From contig NC_057718.1 in NCBI RefSeq assembly GCF_004010195.1, positions 12,194,924 through 12,258,923 of the forward strand: DNA of 64,000 nt. Reading direction: 5' to 3'. The notes beneath the pieces were generated by a model. That model was not told where the DNA came from. It ran no database searches and saw only the letters and a list, made by a program, of their open reading frames with translations. Origin of the DNA: Chiloscyllium plagiosum (Eukaryota). Within the stretch, counting starts at the first letter, position 1, and each line of letters opens with the position of its first letter. Of the stretch, positions 37,331 through 50,405 are shown in pieces. A program made the translations under genes and the position numbers.

Positions 37331-38085
37331 CAGAGGATACTGGTTCACTAGCCTTGGGTGTCTTTTCTGGTGCTGGAATGTTAATAAAGTTGTTTTCACT
37401 TGGTGCTTTTCACTGTATCTTGCATCTGCGCGCGCACACACACATACACACAAATGAACAGGGATTTGGACTCTCTTCAACCTAGGGGACTGACTCTGAA
37501 AAGAAAAATATAAACAAGGGATTTCTTTCAGGGGACTGACTCTGAGCAAAAAAAATAAACGGATGATTTAGAATTTCCTCAGTTCAGGTGACTGACTCTG
37601 AAGTTGGCTAGCAACAGCCAGTGTACTGCAGGGAAATGTTCTCTCGACTGGAGACATTGCCTTACTTTTTAGTGTTTCTTTTTTGTTTCTTTGGGCTATG
37701 TTCAGCTGCATCGACCACCATCACCACCACTATGCTGCTGCTGCTTGAAGATACTTCTGCAAGAGTAAAAAAAAAAATATATAAACCGGGGATACTGGTT
37801 CATTGGCGTCACGGCTTTTGTCTTTTCTGGTGGTGGAATGTTAATAAATTTGTTTTCATTGGTGCTTTTCACTGTATCTTGCACTTGCACACTCTCAAAA
37901 AATATATAGAAACAGGGGATTCGGAATCTCCTTAACACAGGGGACTGACTCCAAAAGAAATATAAACAGGGAATTCAGTTCAGGGGACTGATTCTGAGCA
38001 AACAAAACATATATAACAGGGGATTTAGTTCAGGGGACTGACTTTGAACAAAAAAACATATAAACAGGGATTTAGAATCTCCTCT
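37331..38085 (+). repeat. degenerate repeats of the Tx1 tail and of an ATAAACAGGG...GGGGACTGAC unit
   Basis: tail copies with AATAAA at ~37383 and ~37843; about six GG(G/T)GACTGA motifs between 37485 and 38040. Confidence 0.7.
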
Positions 38086-38789
38086 GGCTGCGACTAGTGT
38101 ACTGTGCACAAGTAAATAGAGGTTCATGGGATACTATCCTCTGTGCAGCTCCTTCACAGGGTTAAAGAGCCAAAACAAAACTCCTTTAATGGTTTTAAGA
38201 TAGAGGGATTAAAGAGATAAACTTCTAAGGTTCAATGGACCCCACTGGTTCTTGACTCTGTATCTCCCTAAATTACTCATTGGATTGAATCCTTTCAGTT
38301 TTCCAGTTGTATTTAAGTGTTTGTTAAGTGTTATGTGTAGCCTCCCTGGAATTTATGTTTTAAGTAGAACCTATACCTCTCCCCTGACCCAAAAAATAAA
38401 TGTTGGAGTCACTTAATGGGTCAGAGAGCAACAAGTGAGTAAATATTGGTCAGGAGAGTTGGCTGATAGTAGTTAGATAGGCTTTTGCCCGAAACGTCGA
38501 TTTTGCTGCTCCTCGGATGCTGCCTGAACTGATGTGCTGTTCCAGCACCACTAATCCAAAATCTGGTTTCCAGCATCTGCAGTCATTGTTTTTACCTAGT
38601 TAGATAATACCTGTTTACCTATACCTTAAAACAAGATAGGTAGCAATAGAAAATTATATCAATGAAGAACAAGCATAACCAATAATTTAAACAGATTTGA
38701 ATATTTTCTATAAATACATTTTAAGATAGAAGTACACAGCTCATTTCAAGAATTTTCTTCTTATTTTACATTAATTGTATCCATCCCAG

Positions 38790-39399
38790 TGTGAGAAATG
38801 GCTCTCACTCTTCAATAATATCAGTCTGAGTCAAATTCTGAAGCAGGCATTTATTAAAACGTTCTTATAAGAATGGGTGACAAGTAGGCACCCCGATCAA
38901 CAGGTTACATCGCAAGTTATACAGTTCAGCTGAGTCTCTTGGTACTCCTCTTTTAGCTTATTGGCTTAGCATGCAAAGCGTCAAACCTATCATAAGCTAC
39001 TCACTTCACTCCTCCTCTGTTTACTTCTCCCACTATAAGCCTGTCGCCCTGTACTCTTTTGTTTCTTGCCTTATTTGGCCTTACACGTAACAAAGTGCAG
39101 GTGTTAGCTTGACCGTTTCACCACATCCCTCTGTGGTCTTTTGTTAGCATGTGTCCCCCTTCACTGCAAGCTGTGTACGTGCTTACTAGATCAACACTTC
39201 TTCCCCACACTGAGCCTTATGACCTGTTTGTGGTTGTGTATGTTTTTGCTAAAGCAACATTTCGTCCCTATAGTTCACACTAAGCCTTATGACCTCTGAT
39301 TGTGGTTTCTGCAGCACTGAGCCTTATATTTTTCACAAAATGTTTTACAAGCTTCTCGCAGAAGGAACACTTACATTTTTCACAAACATATTCTCCACA
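38790..39399 (-). mobile_element. probable solo LTR
   Basis: TGTGAGAA...TTCTCCACA termini, flanks CCAG/CCAA, minus-strand AATAAA ~60 bp from the end, three CACT(G/A)AGCCTTAT direct repeats in the putative U3. Confidence 0.6.
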
Positions 39400-42300
39400 C
39401 CAATAACTGACTTAATTCTTGCTTTTAGACTAATCTATTACTAGTGACCATTTAGCATTAGCAGTGTTCAAAATCCACTAGCATTAGCAGTGTTAAATCC
39501 ACATTAAGCAATCCGTTTTTCCACTAAAACTACCAAAATAAATGTAAATCCACTGGACAATTTTCTGTTTGGAAATAATTGAAGGAAAAAGAAGTCCCTT
39601 TCAGAAAGTCTGAAGCCATGTCACAGTAAATTACTCTTTTTTTATTTTTGCAATGTAGGACAACATGACAGCTAATTTACAAACAATAAGACCCCATCTA
39701 AAATAAAAAGAATGGCAAATTAATTTTTTTTGTTTGTTTTAAGAATATGTTCTGGCCAGCATACTGGAAGCATTCCCTTGATCATCACTATATATATTTT
39801 GTATCTTTTAGATCTACCTGAGGTGTCAACTCCAGCAGCAAGTGTCAGATAGTATGAGTATTGAAGTGCTAGAGTGAGGTTTGAAGACATGAATTTCTGT
39901 CTCTAAAGCAAGAATGCTTCACTGAGTCAAGGCTCACACTAATTGGTCGGAACAAACTGACCAAAAGTGTGAAAAAACCCCACCAAACTTTCTTTAATAA
40001 AAATAGACATGCTTAAATAAACTTGTTATTCCACTCAAGTTCATTTGATTTCCTTAAATGAGAAAGTATGTGTTTGGAAATGGTATCTTCTATTAGATAC
40101 AGTACATGTTAATCAATTTGTGTGCGTAAAGGAGCAAGTGAGTATTACATGATGCAAAACAAAGCAAACTTACTTCAGTTTTTGGACTAAAAATGGACAT
40201 CATGCCAAATAAAAGTAACAGGTTGATATTACCATGAATCTTTTCAAGCTGCCAAAAGCACAATTAGTCACCAACTCATTTTTCATTTTATGTAATGTTA
40301 AAAACACCTCTTTTTCTGAGAATTTCCAATAGATTCAATGCCAGGTTTTTGGAGGTCATTAATATTCCCAATGTCCTGTCAATGTGAAAGAATTTCTTTG
40401 ACATGTGCGTAGAATATTTATGACCTCAGGGTTAGGACAGACTGATTTAATTCAGTCTCTCAAAATTATCTAAATGCAGAAACTTCAAGAAAAAGTGCGT
40501 AAAGTGGTAGTAAAATATGACAAAATTTGCAAATCTGAAATCAAAATTGGAAATGCATGCCTTAAACTGATCCAGAAGCCTAACTTGTCCACTTACATCA
40601 ACGCTATTCCTAAAACAGCAGAGCAGATGCTGTGTACTCTGTGAACAGGAGCTCAGTTTCTGACACTTCAATCAACTTCATTAGCTGATGGTGATGGAAT
40701 ATTCACCACTAATCTTGATAGGTGCAACCTAAACAGCACTCAAGAAGCTTGATATCATCCAGATCTTCTGCTTGACACAGCAGTTGTGAGATCAGCACTC
40801 TGTCCATATGAAGACTAACTATCAAGTAAGTCACAAAGAATATATTTAAGATTATGAAGGAAATGGAACAGACCTAAAATGGATTTAACACTAAAAGGTA
40901 TGACTTGAGTGCTAAACAGGGCATTGAGATGACAAAGCCTAAACTGAAATTGAATGAAACAAGAAGAGTGAAGAAAAATAATGGAATTGTTGGCACAATA
41001 TGCCAAATGGATTCTTTCTGTGCTATGCTAATTCTGTAATTGCATGTAAAAAGTGTCAACGATGAAAAGTCAAAAAGAATGGAGTGGGGTCACTAAAAGT
41101 GGCATCGGGCGAATGCACACAAACTTATGATGAACAGGCTGCAAAACTATTTAATCTGGTAAGGAAACTAGAGATCTTACAGAGGTAATTAACACTTACT
41201 GATACTACCAGCAACATGGCTATGAACAGCTATGCAACCTTAATGTAAATAAATCTCAGGTGTCGGTAGGATGCAATTAGGGATCTTTATGGAAATGAGG
41301 TAGGAGCTTTGGTACAAATCTTCCAGAAATGAGGGAACTCTGCCTGGGAGCTTGAGACAGAGAAATGATGCTGCTACTTTAACAAAAGTTGCAGAAGTGA
41401 TCAGGTGCTACAAGCTAGTGTGTCTGAAATCCCTTGTGGGTTAAATTTATTGAAACTCTTGTTAAAGATAAAATCATGTTGCCTCTGGGTAGAAATAAAA
41501 TCGTAAAAGAGAGCCAGTATGGTTGAAGGAGTTGAACCACTGGCACTGTCTCTTGACTAAAGATAAGTAGTAAATGTTGTTCCACAACATACAAACAAAT
41601 TAAGTTCAATAATGTGTTATCTGTCATACTCAAAACATAGAACCTGAATTTCTTCCTTTATGGGTTCTATTATGAAGTGTATTATCATACTTTTTAGCTC
41701 TTGTTATTTGTGTGAGAAACTGAGAAATCTAGAAACACCACAGTGTAGATTTTAATCAACCTGTTCAGAGACATATTATACACCTCAGGAAGCAGTGGGC
41801 TTGAACCTAGACCTCCTGGCTCAGAAACAGGGACATTACCACTACAGCACAAGATTAATTGATTTTGATTTTTGAGAAGATTTGCAACTTAGGTTGATGA
41901 TAAGTATGTAAGTTAGCTTGCTAACAAAACTTCAAGCTCAGTGAATGAACTTACATACTTATAAATATTTATTTTTGGTAATAATATAAAACAGATGAAG
42001 CACTCAACCACAATGGAAAATGAAGAGATCTGTAGGACAGGTTACTATCATCCATTTTTACAACAATGTATAAGCAAAAATGTATCCTAATGACTTTGTG
42101 CCCGGAAATCTTCTTGTAAAACTGCAAAAAATATTAAATGTTTACCTCTGCACCACCACCCAAAAAATTAATATTGCTCAGTTATTAAGTCACTAATTAT
42201 AGAGAATATGTAATCCAAATATGTCATAATACTTTATACATTTATATACTATCATGGTATGATTCAGAATATAACATTGCAGCATATGAATGATGCATGA

Positions 42301-43069
42301 AAAGCCAAGGCACTTATTCAAAAAACAGATGTCAACAATTTTCAGCACTTAATCAGGAAGCCTTCCATCTTGAATAGAGTTTCAGAGGATGATGTCAAAA
42401 GGAACATGACACCTTAAAATCTGACAAAAAAAACTAAGTTCAGCTTAAATCAACATTACGAACTGTGAAGTATGTAACCAGTAGTAATCATTGCTGACTA
42501 TATTCGGTAGAGTTTCCAAAGGGTAATTGGAAAAAAAAAACATTTTGGCTTTTCCAAAGAATATTAATATTATATCATTAACTAAATATTGTGTAAAAAT
42601 GTGTTACTATTGGAATCAATTGTATCAGTATCACGTTAATATTGGGCACAAATGAAAACAGTTAATGTTAATTGCATACTTGAGCAGACAAAGGTTTTCT
42701 TCTGCACTTAAAACTTTCAAATTTGAAAAGGTTCATCAGATATTTTTTAATTGCTAATGTGGAGTCATAAGTATTCTATCTCCAAGTTTGACAGATAATA
42801 TATTTAATGTTCTCATTACAATCTGTTCATAAATAAATAAATATAGAAAACAATTGTTGAATTATTAAACACTGTGTAAAAATTACTTATAATGTAACAT
42901 ATACATATAAAACACATATGCTTATATGGACTCCACTTTTTCCCCATCCATGTGATGTTCAGTGAATACATATAAGTAAATGTGTACTTTAAGAGTTCAA
43001 ACAACATCTTGTATACACTGCAATATAATCACAAATAGCACACCTTATCTGATAATTATCTTTATTGCT

Positions 43070-43430
43070 GAAATTGTATAGAGCCTTGGTGAAATTGCAC
43101 CTGGAGTATTGTATACAGTTTTGGTTTATTTATTTAAGGAAGGATAACCCTAACTCTATGGCCTTAGACAATGCAACAGAGCTTCACCATTCCTGAAGAA
43201 GGGCTAATGCCCGAAATGTCGATTCTCCTGTTCCCTAGATGCTGCCTGACCTGCTGCGCTTCTCCAGCAACACATTTCCATCTCTTCACCAGATTAATCC
43301 CTGGAATAGCAGGTTTGTTTAACAAGGAGAGATTGAGGAAACTGGGTATGTATTCCAAAGAGTTTCAATATATGAGTGAATTGGACCGAAGGATCTGTTT
43401 CTGTGCTGTACATCTCTCTGATTCTCTCTG
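43070..43430 (+). mobile_element. decayed CR1 fragment with a nested family C pLTR (~43190-43283)
   Basis: LYRALVKLHLEYCIQFW; CTTCACCA repeated on both sides of the nested piece. Confidence 0.7.
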
Positions 43431-44056
43431 AGAGAATCACCAGGCACACAGTCTATCGAAATGTTACATGTCTATAGATGCTGCCAGACCTGGTGAGTTT
43501 CTCCAGCACTTTGTTTTTGTTTCAGATTTCCATTTCTTAGATCATGGCTGGTCATCTACCTCAATTATACTTTCCTCCGCATCCCTTGATGTCACAGAGA
43601 ATTCTAAAGATTCGCCATTCTCTGGGTATAGAAATTTGTCCTCATTTCAGTATTACATGGTCATGATCTGACATGTCATTTCATTCCTCCCCATCTTCCT
43701 AAAAGTCTCCAATGTTCCTGGCATCAGGTTGTGTTGAGCAACGTAAATGCCAGTCACTTGATGGGGTGGAGAGAGGGATGAGAATATAGTGTTCTACTGG
43801 AGGGAATAGGTGACAGTTAGTGGCTACAGCAATAGTACGGCTGGCATATTAGACTGGGCAAGAGGCAGGAGGAAGTGCACGTTGGTACCTTCGGTCCTAT
43901 ATCTCTCCTAGGTGATATTAATAATCAAACCTCTAAATCCGTGACATTGTTGGCAGGGCAGCATTGTAATGAATGGCTGCATGCAAGGGGAAGTGGGGTG
44001 GTAAGTGAGTTAGTGTCAGTGGAAGGAACTGTGTACCTGGGGATGGATCAGTGAGT

Positions 44057-44358
44057 AGGAGAAAGTGAGATGCTGGAAAAGCGCAGCAGGTCAGGCAGCA
44101 TCCAAGGAGCAGGAGAAATCTGCATTCATCCCTTGTGGTTGGAGGGTTCCTAGGCAGAAGATGAGGCGCTCTTCCTCCAGGCGTCGTATTGCCATGGTTT
44201 GGCAATGGAGGAGGCCAAGGACCTGCATGTCCTTGACGGAGTGGGAGGGGGAGTTAAAGTGTTCAGCCACAGGGCGGTTGGGTTGTTGGTGCAGGTGTCC
44301 CAGAGGTGTTCTCTGAAATGTTCTGCAAGTAGGCCGCCTGTCTCCCCAATGTAGAGGA
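44057..44358 (-). mobile_element. Neptune-type Penelope-like GIY-YIG fragment
   Basis: QPNRPVAEHFNSPSHSVKDMQVLGL...RRLEEERLIFCLGTLQPQGMN. Confidence 0.85.
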
Positions 44359-45330
44359 GAACTTCTATACAATTTTAGAAGTTCTTAGTCTCTGTGGAAT
44401 TAGTGATAATAAACCTTTCATTGCACAATTAACTGATAGCATAGATTTACTTAAGTAATTTAAATGTGCAGGAGAGTGACAAAGTAAGGGAATGGAAAAT
44501 TATTTCGATAAAATAGTGCCAGGAATGGGGTTGGAGGCAGGGAGTCAGAAGAATTATGGTTATTGGATAAACAGGGATTCATCATCTGTGGACATGCCTC
44601 TGGAAAGGTATTAAAATGTAAATGGAGGATCTATCTTTCAAAAGACATCAAAATTCAACAGGTCATTTATTGAATTAGAAATTACAACTGTTTGGAAATT
44701 TGCAGAAACTCCAGTACAACAATCACTTCAGCCTTGGTCTGAAAATTAGAAATCCAATAGAGGACTGAGAAGAAATTGCTTTGTCACAAGGACATGCAAA
44801 TTGCCATCATTCATTTCCCATTGTATGACAATCAAATAAATTGTGTGGATAATGGGAGTATTGATTCTGCAGTCACCTACTAGAAAATAGCTTGCAATAA
44901 TAAAGTATCTATTTTTCTAAGAAAGATCAAGGATATCAGACAGAAGATGTCTCACTGAGGATAATGAAGAACCTTGTCTCAAATGAAAGCAGAAAAGTGG
45001 AGCCCTTTCTTGTAACCCCAGATTATCAGTTTGCCTGCTTTGGCTCGATCACGGCTTTCAATTGAAAGGTTCAAAATGTTCTTATTGTGAACGCTTAGCA
45101 GAAACCAATACCTTCACTTTTTAACAGTCAACCAAAAGGAAATTTTCATCCAACAAAATATCTGATTGTCACCTTTGGGGAAAAAATGAATTCTGAATGC
45201 TCTTTAAAGGTTTCAGTGGATGCTATAATTTTCTTTTGCAATGATTGTTTCTTATGTGCATTTGTGAATAAGGAGAGACATTTGTTCTGATTAGATTCTG
45301 GGCATTGTGCAATTAAATATTTGGATATAC

Positions 45331-48300
45331 GGAGATCCAAGATGGCGGTGGTCTGAGTGGTCTGGTATACTGGACTCTGTGCCATACCCCCTGGCAAGGT
45401 GGATCTTTACCCTCCCCACATTAACCACACCTAGGAGAAACAGTTGCTAATATAAATTTACTGAACATCAGGAGCTGCTAAAATTGTGGTGTGACAGCTT
45501 TAAGACCAGAATGAAGACAAATAAAGGAAAGGGGCTGAAAGGAGTGCAGCAGGCAGGGCACTCCCCTACTGCATCGGGGGTACCTGCTGAAAAGATTGGA
45601 GCAGCAGTGGAACCACTATCTGCCATGCTGAAAAAACATGAGCAGGAGATTCAATTGTTGGACCAAAGAGTAGATGCAGTGGAGGAGAGGACCAAGGCAT
45701 TGGAGACCATGCAGACCATCGGGAGGAAGGATACGAATGCTGGAAGACCAGGTTCAGGTCCTTCAGGAGCAGTGGATGACCTGGAAAATAAAAACAGAAG
45801 GAAAAACGTACGGCTCATGCGTCTTCCAGAACACAAAGAAGGAAGGATCTCGTCGGCTTCCTGGAGAAGTGGCTCCCAAAACTCCAGGGGCTGGAGTTGG
45901 AGTCGGGCCTGTTGAGTGTAGAGCGGGCCGACCGGATTGCAATGTGCAGGTCCGGGTCAGACGCGCACCCCCACATGGTCCTAGTGCGACTCCTGCATTA
46001 CAAAGAAAAACAGTTAGTGATTAAAACAGCAAGAAGACTGGGAAGAGATTATTAGGCTTTAATGTATAAGCTCAAGAATAATGCTTTTTCAGGACTTCTC
46101 AGGAGCCCTAATTAAGAAGAGAAGGGCATTTTATGAAATTAAGAGAAAATTAAGGGATCTGAACATTCAATATTCCTTGAGGTACCCGGCCGTGTTGATT
46201 TCACTCATGGAGGGACAGTATATAATTTTGACGCTAGGGTGATGGTGGAGCATTGCTTTTCAGACTGGAGGCCTGTGATCAGCGGAGTGCCACAAGGATC
46301 GGTGCTGGGTCCACTACTTTTTGTCATTTATATAAATGATTTGGTTGTGAGAATAAGAGGTGGAATGGGCATCCATTGTTAATTCTCAGAGTGTAAATAA
46401 TAGGTTTTCTTTATCTGTGAATTGCCTGGGGCTAGGGCACAGCCTCAGCTAGAAGGAGTTGGAATGGTAGCAAGGATTGGGAGGAGTGCCCCCTATGGGC
46501 AAGGGGGGAGATCTCTAATCAATTGGGGTTTATTTGAGTGTTTGTTCAAGTTAAATGTAGTGGTTAGTTTTTTAGTTATAGTTTTTATAGGAGTAGTTTT
46601 TAGACTTTATAGAGTTAATGTTATTTTCGCTCACTGCACCTCAGATAAGCTTCCTCCTCTTGGGAAACCACAGGTTGCCCTGGATGACCATGGCTAGTGA
46701 TTCGTTTAGATGGTGCACCTGGAATGTAAAAGAGAGCCATTCCCCCATTAAAAGAAAGAAGGTCTGTCAAGCCTCAGGAAGGAAAGGGTGGTCATCACCC
46801 TGCTGCAGGAGACATATTTAAGGAACATCTGAAACCGCAGCGGGGGGGGAGGGGGGGGGGTGGTTATGGCAGGGTATTCTTCTCCTCCATTCACTCCAAG
46901 AATAGAGGAGTGGCTATACTGGTAAGAAGGAATCTCCCATTCCAGGTAACTTGAGCAAATTAAGGACGAATATGTTCAGTTCATCATTCTTAATGCTCTA
47001 ATACATGGAGAAGATTATAGCATCCTGAATGTTTATTGCCCACTGGTGCACTCTCTTAAATTTCTAATTGATGAAGTCGCTAAATTAATGAATCTTGGGG
47101 TGTGCCACACAATCATAAGAGGAGATTTTAATCGCCTAATAGATCCCGAGGTTGATAGGATGCCATGGGTCCCGGCAGGCACGCCTGCGCCATCTAAGCA
47201 GTTGGTGGACATGTGTGAGGAGTTGGGACTAGTGGATGTGTGGACTAGTGGAGGCACCTCCACCCTAATGGAAGAGACTTTACTTTCTATTCCAACTCAC
47301 ACAAGTGCCATACATGAACTGACATGTTTTTATGTCATCAGATTGTTTGGACAGAACATTAGTGTGCAAAATTGGGAATATAGCTGTCTCGGACCATGCG
47401 CCAGTGTATTTAGATGTTAAAATCAAGGGTGGTGGAATGGATACATGGCACTGGTACATGGACCCATTCCTGTTAAGGGATAGCAAATTCGTTGAGTACA
47501 TCACAAGAGAGTTCAGGGCCTGCTGGGATATCAACTCGGGTACGGCCAGTAATCCTTTGCTAGGTGGGTGGCGGTATTGTAGAATGATCCTAAGGCGGCA
47601 GTCATCACAAATGGCACTAAGTCAGATAACTTTAATATTGGGAGAGGTACTAGACGGGGGTGTCCTCTTTCACCGCTGTTATTTACCTTGGTAAGTGAGC
47701 CACTAGCTGAGACTATTAGGAAGGATCCTGAAATAGTGGCACTAGGGGTGGGAATGGGGGAACGTAAGACCCTATATGCTGATGACATCCTTTTGTTCTT
47801 GTCAAAAATGAGGACTGCAGATGTTGGAAATCAGAGTCTAGATTAGGGTGGTGCAGGAAAAGCACAACAGGTCAGGCAGCATTCGAGGAGCAGGAGAATT
47901 GACGTTTCGGGCAAAAGCCCTTCATCAGGAATGAAGCATTCCTGATAAAGGGCTTTTGCTCGAAACATTGATTCTCCTGCTCCTCAGATGCTGCCTGACC
48001 TGATGTGCTTTTCCAGCACCATTCTAATCTAGACTCCTTTTGTTTTTGGCCAATCTGGAGGAGTCCATTCCTCGATTGATTCAAACAATTAATTTATTTG
48101 GCAGTTTTTCGGGCTACAGGATCAACTTTACAAAATTGGAAACCATGCCGGTGGGGATGATTAGTGGAGGTGCCTGATCTGAAGGATGGAATGCAGTTCC
48201 CGTTTAAATGGTCGTCAAAAGGTTTTTTGTATTTGGTAATTTTTATTACCCCTGCCTTCCCCCAGCTGTATAAAGTAACCATGTACAGTTACTGGAGAGG

Positions 48301-49860
48301 ATAAAACAGGATTTGCAGCGGTGGGAGGGATTACTGTTATGATGGTTGGGCTAAATAGCACTGATTAAAATGAATGTTCTTCCTCGCCTCTTATATCCCA
48401 TGACGATGCTCCCATTGTTGCTACCTAGATGAGTGTTACAGAGGCTCAATGGTTGGCTAGGGTCCCTTATTTGGTGTCGCAGGTGGCCCCTAATTAAATT
48501 TACCAAATTGTAGCTTTCGCAGGGTGAGGGAGAGGTGGACCTTTCAGACATGAAGAGAGATCAACTAAGCGCCCTGTTAGCATGTGTCGGTGACTGGGTA
48601 CGGGGGGTTTATGAAGTTGATTTGGCTTGACATTGAAGCCTTGCAGTCGAGATGTCCCCTAGTTAATCTATTATTTATGGATAAGATGAACTCCGTGACG
48701 AGAAGTGTAATCATTTTAAATACGGTGAAAGCCTGGAGGATAATGAGGCAAGATGACAGCAATTGGTCCAAGACCTCGCTGTTTACCCCATCGGCGGGAG
48801 CCCCAGGATTTAAACCTGGGACAATGGACTCTGGCTTTAAGGCATGGGAGAATAAGGGAATCTCTTGTGTGGGAAATTTATTTGAGGGGGAGGCCTTGAT
48901 GTCATTTAGCCAGCTAAGTCAGAAATATGGACTGTCTAATAGGGACCTTTTCCGGTACTTTCAGATAAGGGATTATATACAGAGGAAGAGCACACTCCTG
49001 GCTCAGTTTCACAAGTCAGACGTGGAGAAAAGAGTGCTCCGGTGCACAGGCACTCTTTCGGTTAGTACATGCCTTAGGGGACGTGGAGGAACTCTGTAGG
49101 ACATGGAATCGAGAGCTAGGAGAGGATATCTCATTGGAGGTATGGGGAAATTATGGGAAAATGTAAGGAAAATTTCAGTATGTAACAACATGCAGGCCAT
49201 GCAATTGAAGATTTTACACAGGCCTCATATGGCGTCAGAGAGGCTAGCTAAGTTCAAGAGAGGAGCATCTCCAGGGTGTCCCAAATGTAAAATTAGTATA
49301 GGCACTCATTGGAAAAAAACCCCAGGTCTTATGGGATGGCGTAGGCTGGTGATGGAGCATCTCCCCCAAGACTACCTCACAAATATGGTGCACCACAAAA
49401 CGGAGCAGTTTTACAAGATGTTGTGGCCCTTTCTAAATTATATTGATGCTGACTCATCAACAATATTAATCAGGGCCATGGTATAATCGTGGGAATCAGT
49501 CTGGGCGCCCGTAGGGCCCTGGGAGGGGGAGGCTGGGGGAAAGGAATGCGGGCGCCATGACTGGTGCTGCCAGGGATGGGAGCCTCAGTGGAGGTGTAGT
49601 GAGTGAAATAGAATAAAGTAGTGTGATTTAAGTTAATTTGAATTAAGTTTAATTTAATTTTTACTTAGTTTGTTTGTCGTTTAGTTTGAGTAGATATGTT
49701 CTGGTAGAATAGTAGGTAGTTCATTATTAATAGTATCGTGATATGTCAACGATACTGCTGTACTGCCTCTATCTTTCTGTATTTTGGTATTATTCATTTT
49801 TATATATAGATATTCTGTAAAAGATTTGAAAGCGTTTCTAATAAAAATACTCATTAAAAA
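45331..49860 (+). mobile_element. internally deleted L1-clade LINE retaining both ends
   Basis: 5' CAAGATGGCGG; ORF1 DLENKNRRKNVRL; endonuclease WCTWNVK..LQETY, GDFN, VSDHAPV; RT GCPLSPLLF and LYADDILL; AATAAA plus A tail; TSD ATTTGGAT(A/T)TAC at 45319-45330 and 49861-49872. Confidence 0.9.
47808..48036. mobile_element. family C pLTR hairpin nested in the L1 RT
   Basis: inverted arms centred near 47935; hammerhead core on the minus strand at 47901-47928. Confidence 0.8.
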
Positions 49861-49889
49861 ATTTGGATTTACATTTTTCACTTTTATAA

Positions 49890-50405
49890 AGTCATAGAAT
49901 TATACAGCATGGAAATAGACCCTGCAGTCCAACTAGTCCACCACCAATCATGTTTCCAAACTAAACTAGTCCCACCTGCCTGTGCTTGGCTGAGATCCCT
50001 CCAAACCTTTCCTATTCATGTACTTACGCAAATATCTTTTAAATGTTGTAATTGTTCTTGCATCCGCACACAAAATACTGTCTGTGTAAAAAGGTTGCCC
50101 TTTGTGTCCTTTTTAAAACTTTCTCCTCTCACCTTAAAACTGTGCCCCTTAGTTTCGAACTCCCCAACCCGAGGGAAAAGACACAAAAACAGAAGTTGTT
50201 GGGAAAGCTCAGCAGGTCTGGCAGTATTTGTAAAGAGAAATCAAAGTTAATATTTTGGATCCAATGACCCTTCCTCAGAACAGACCCTAGGGAAAGGATC
50301 CTTGCTATTCACCTTATCTGACTCCTCATGATTTTATAAACATCTATAAGGTTAATGCTCAACTGCCAACACTCCAATGAAAAAAGTCCCAGGCTTTCCA
50401 GCCTG
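49890..50405 (-). mobile_element. CR1 3' fragment with a nested pLTR remnant (~50183-50281)
   Basis: LGLFSLECWQLSINLIDVYKIMR on the minus strand. Confidence 0.75.

Noticed and set aside
40592..40625. 13-nt minus-strand micro-exon (ttttag GAATAGCGTTGAT gtaagt)
   Set aside because: No supporting gene context; expected by chance in AT-rich DNA
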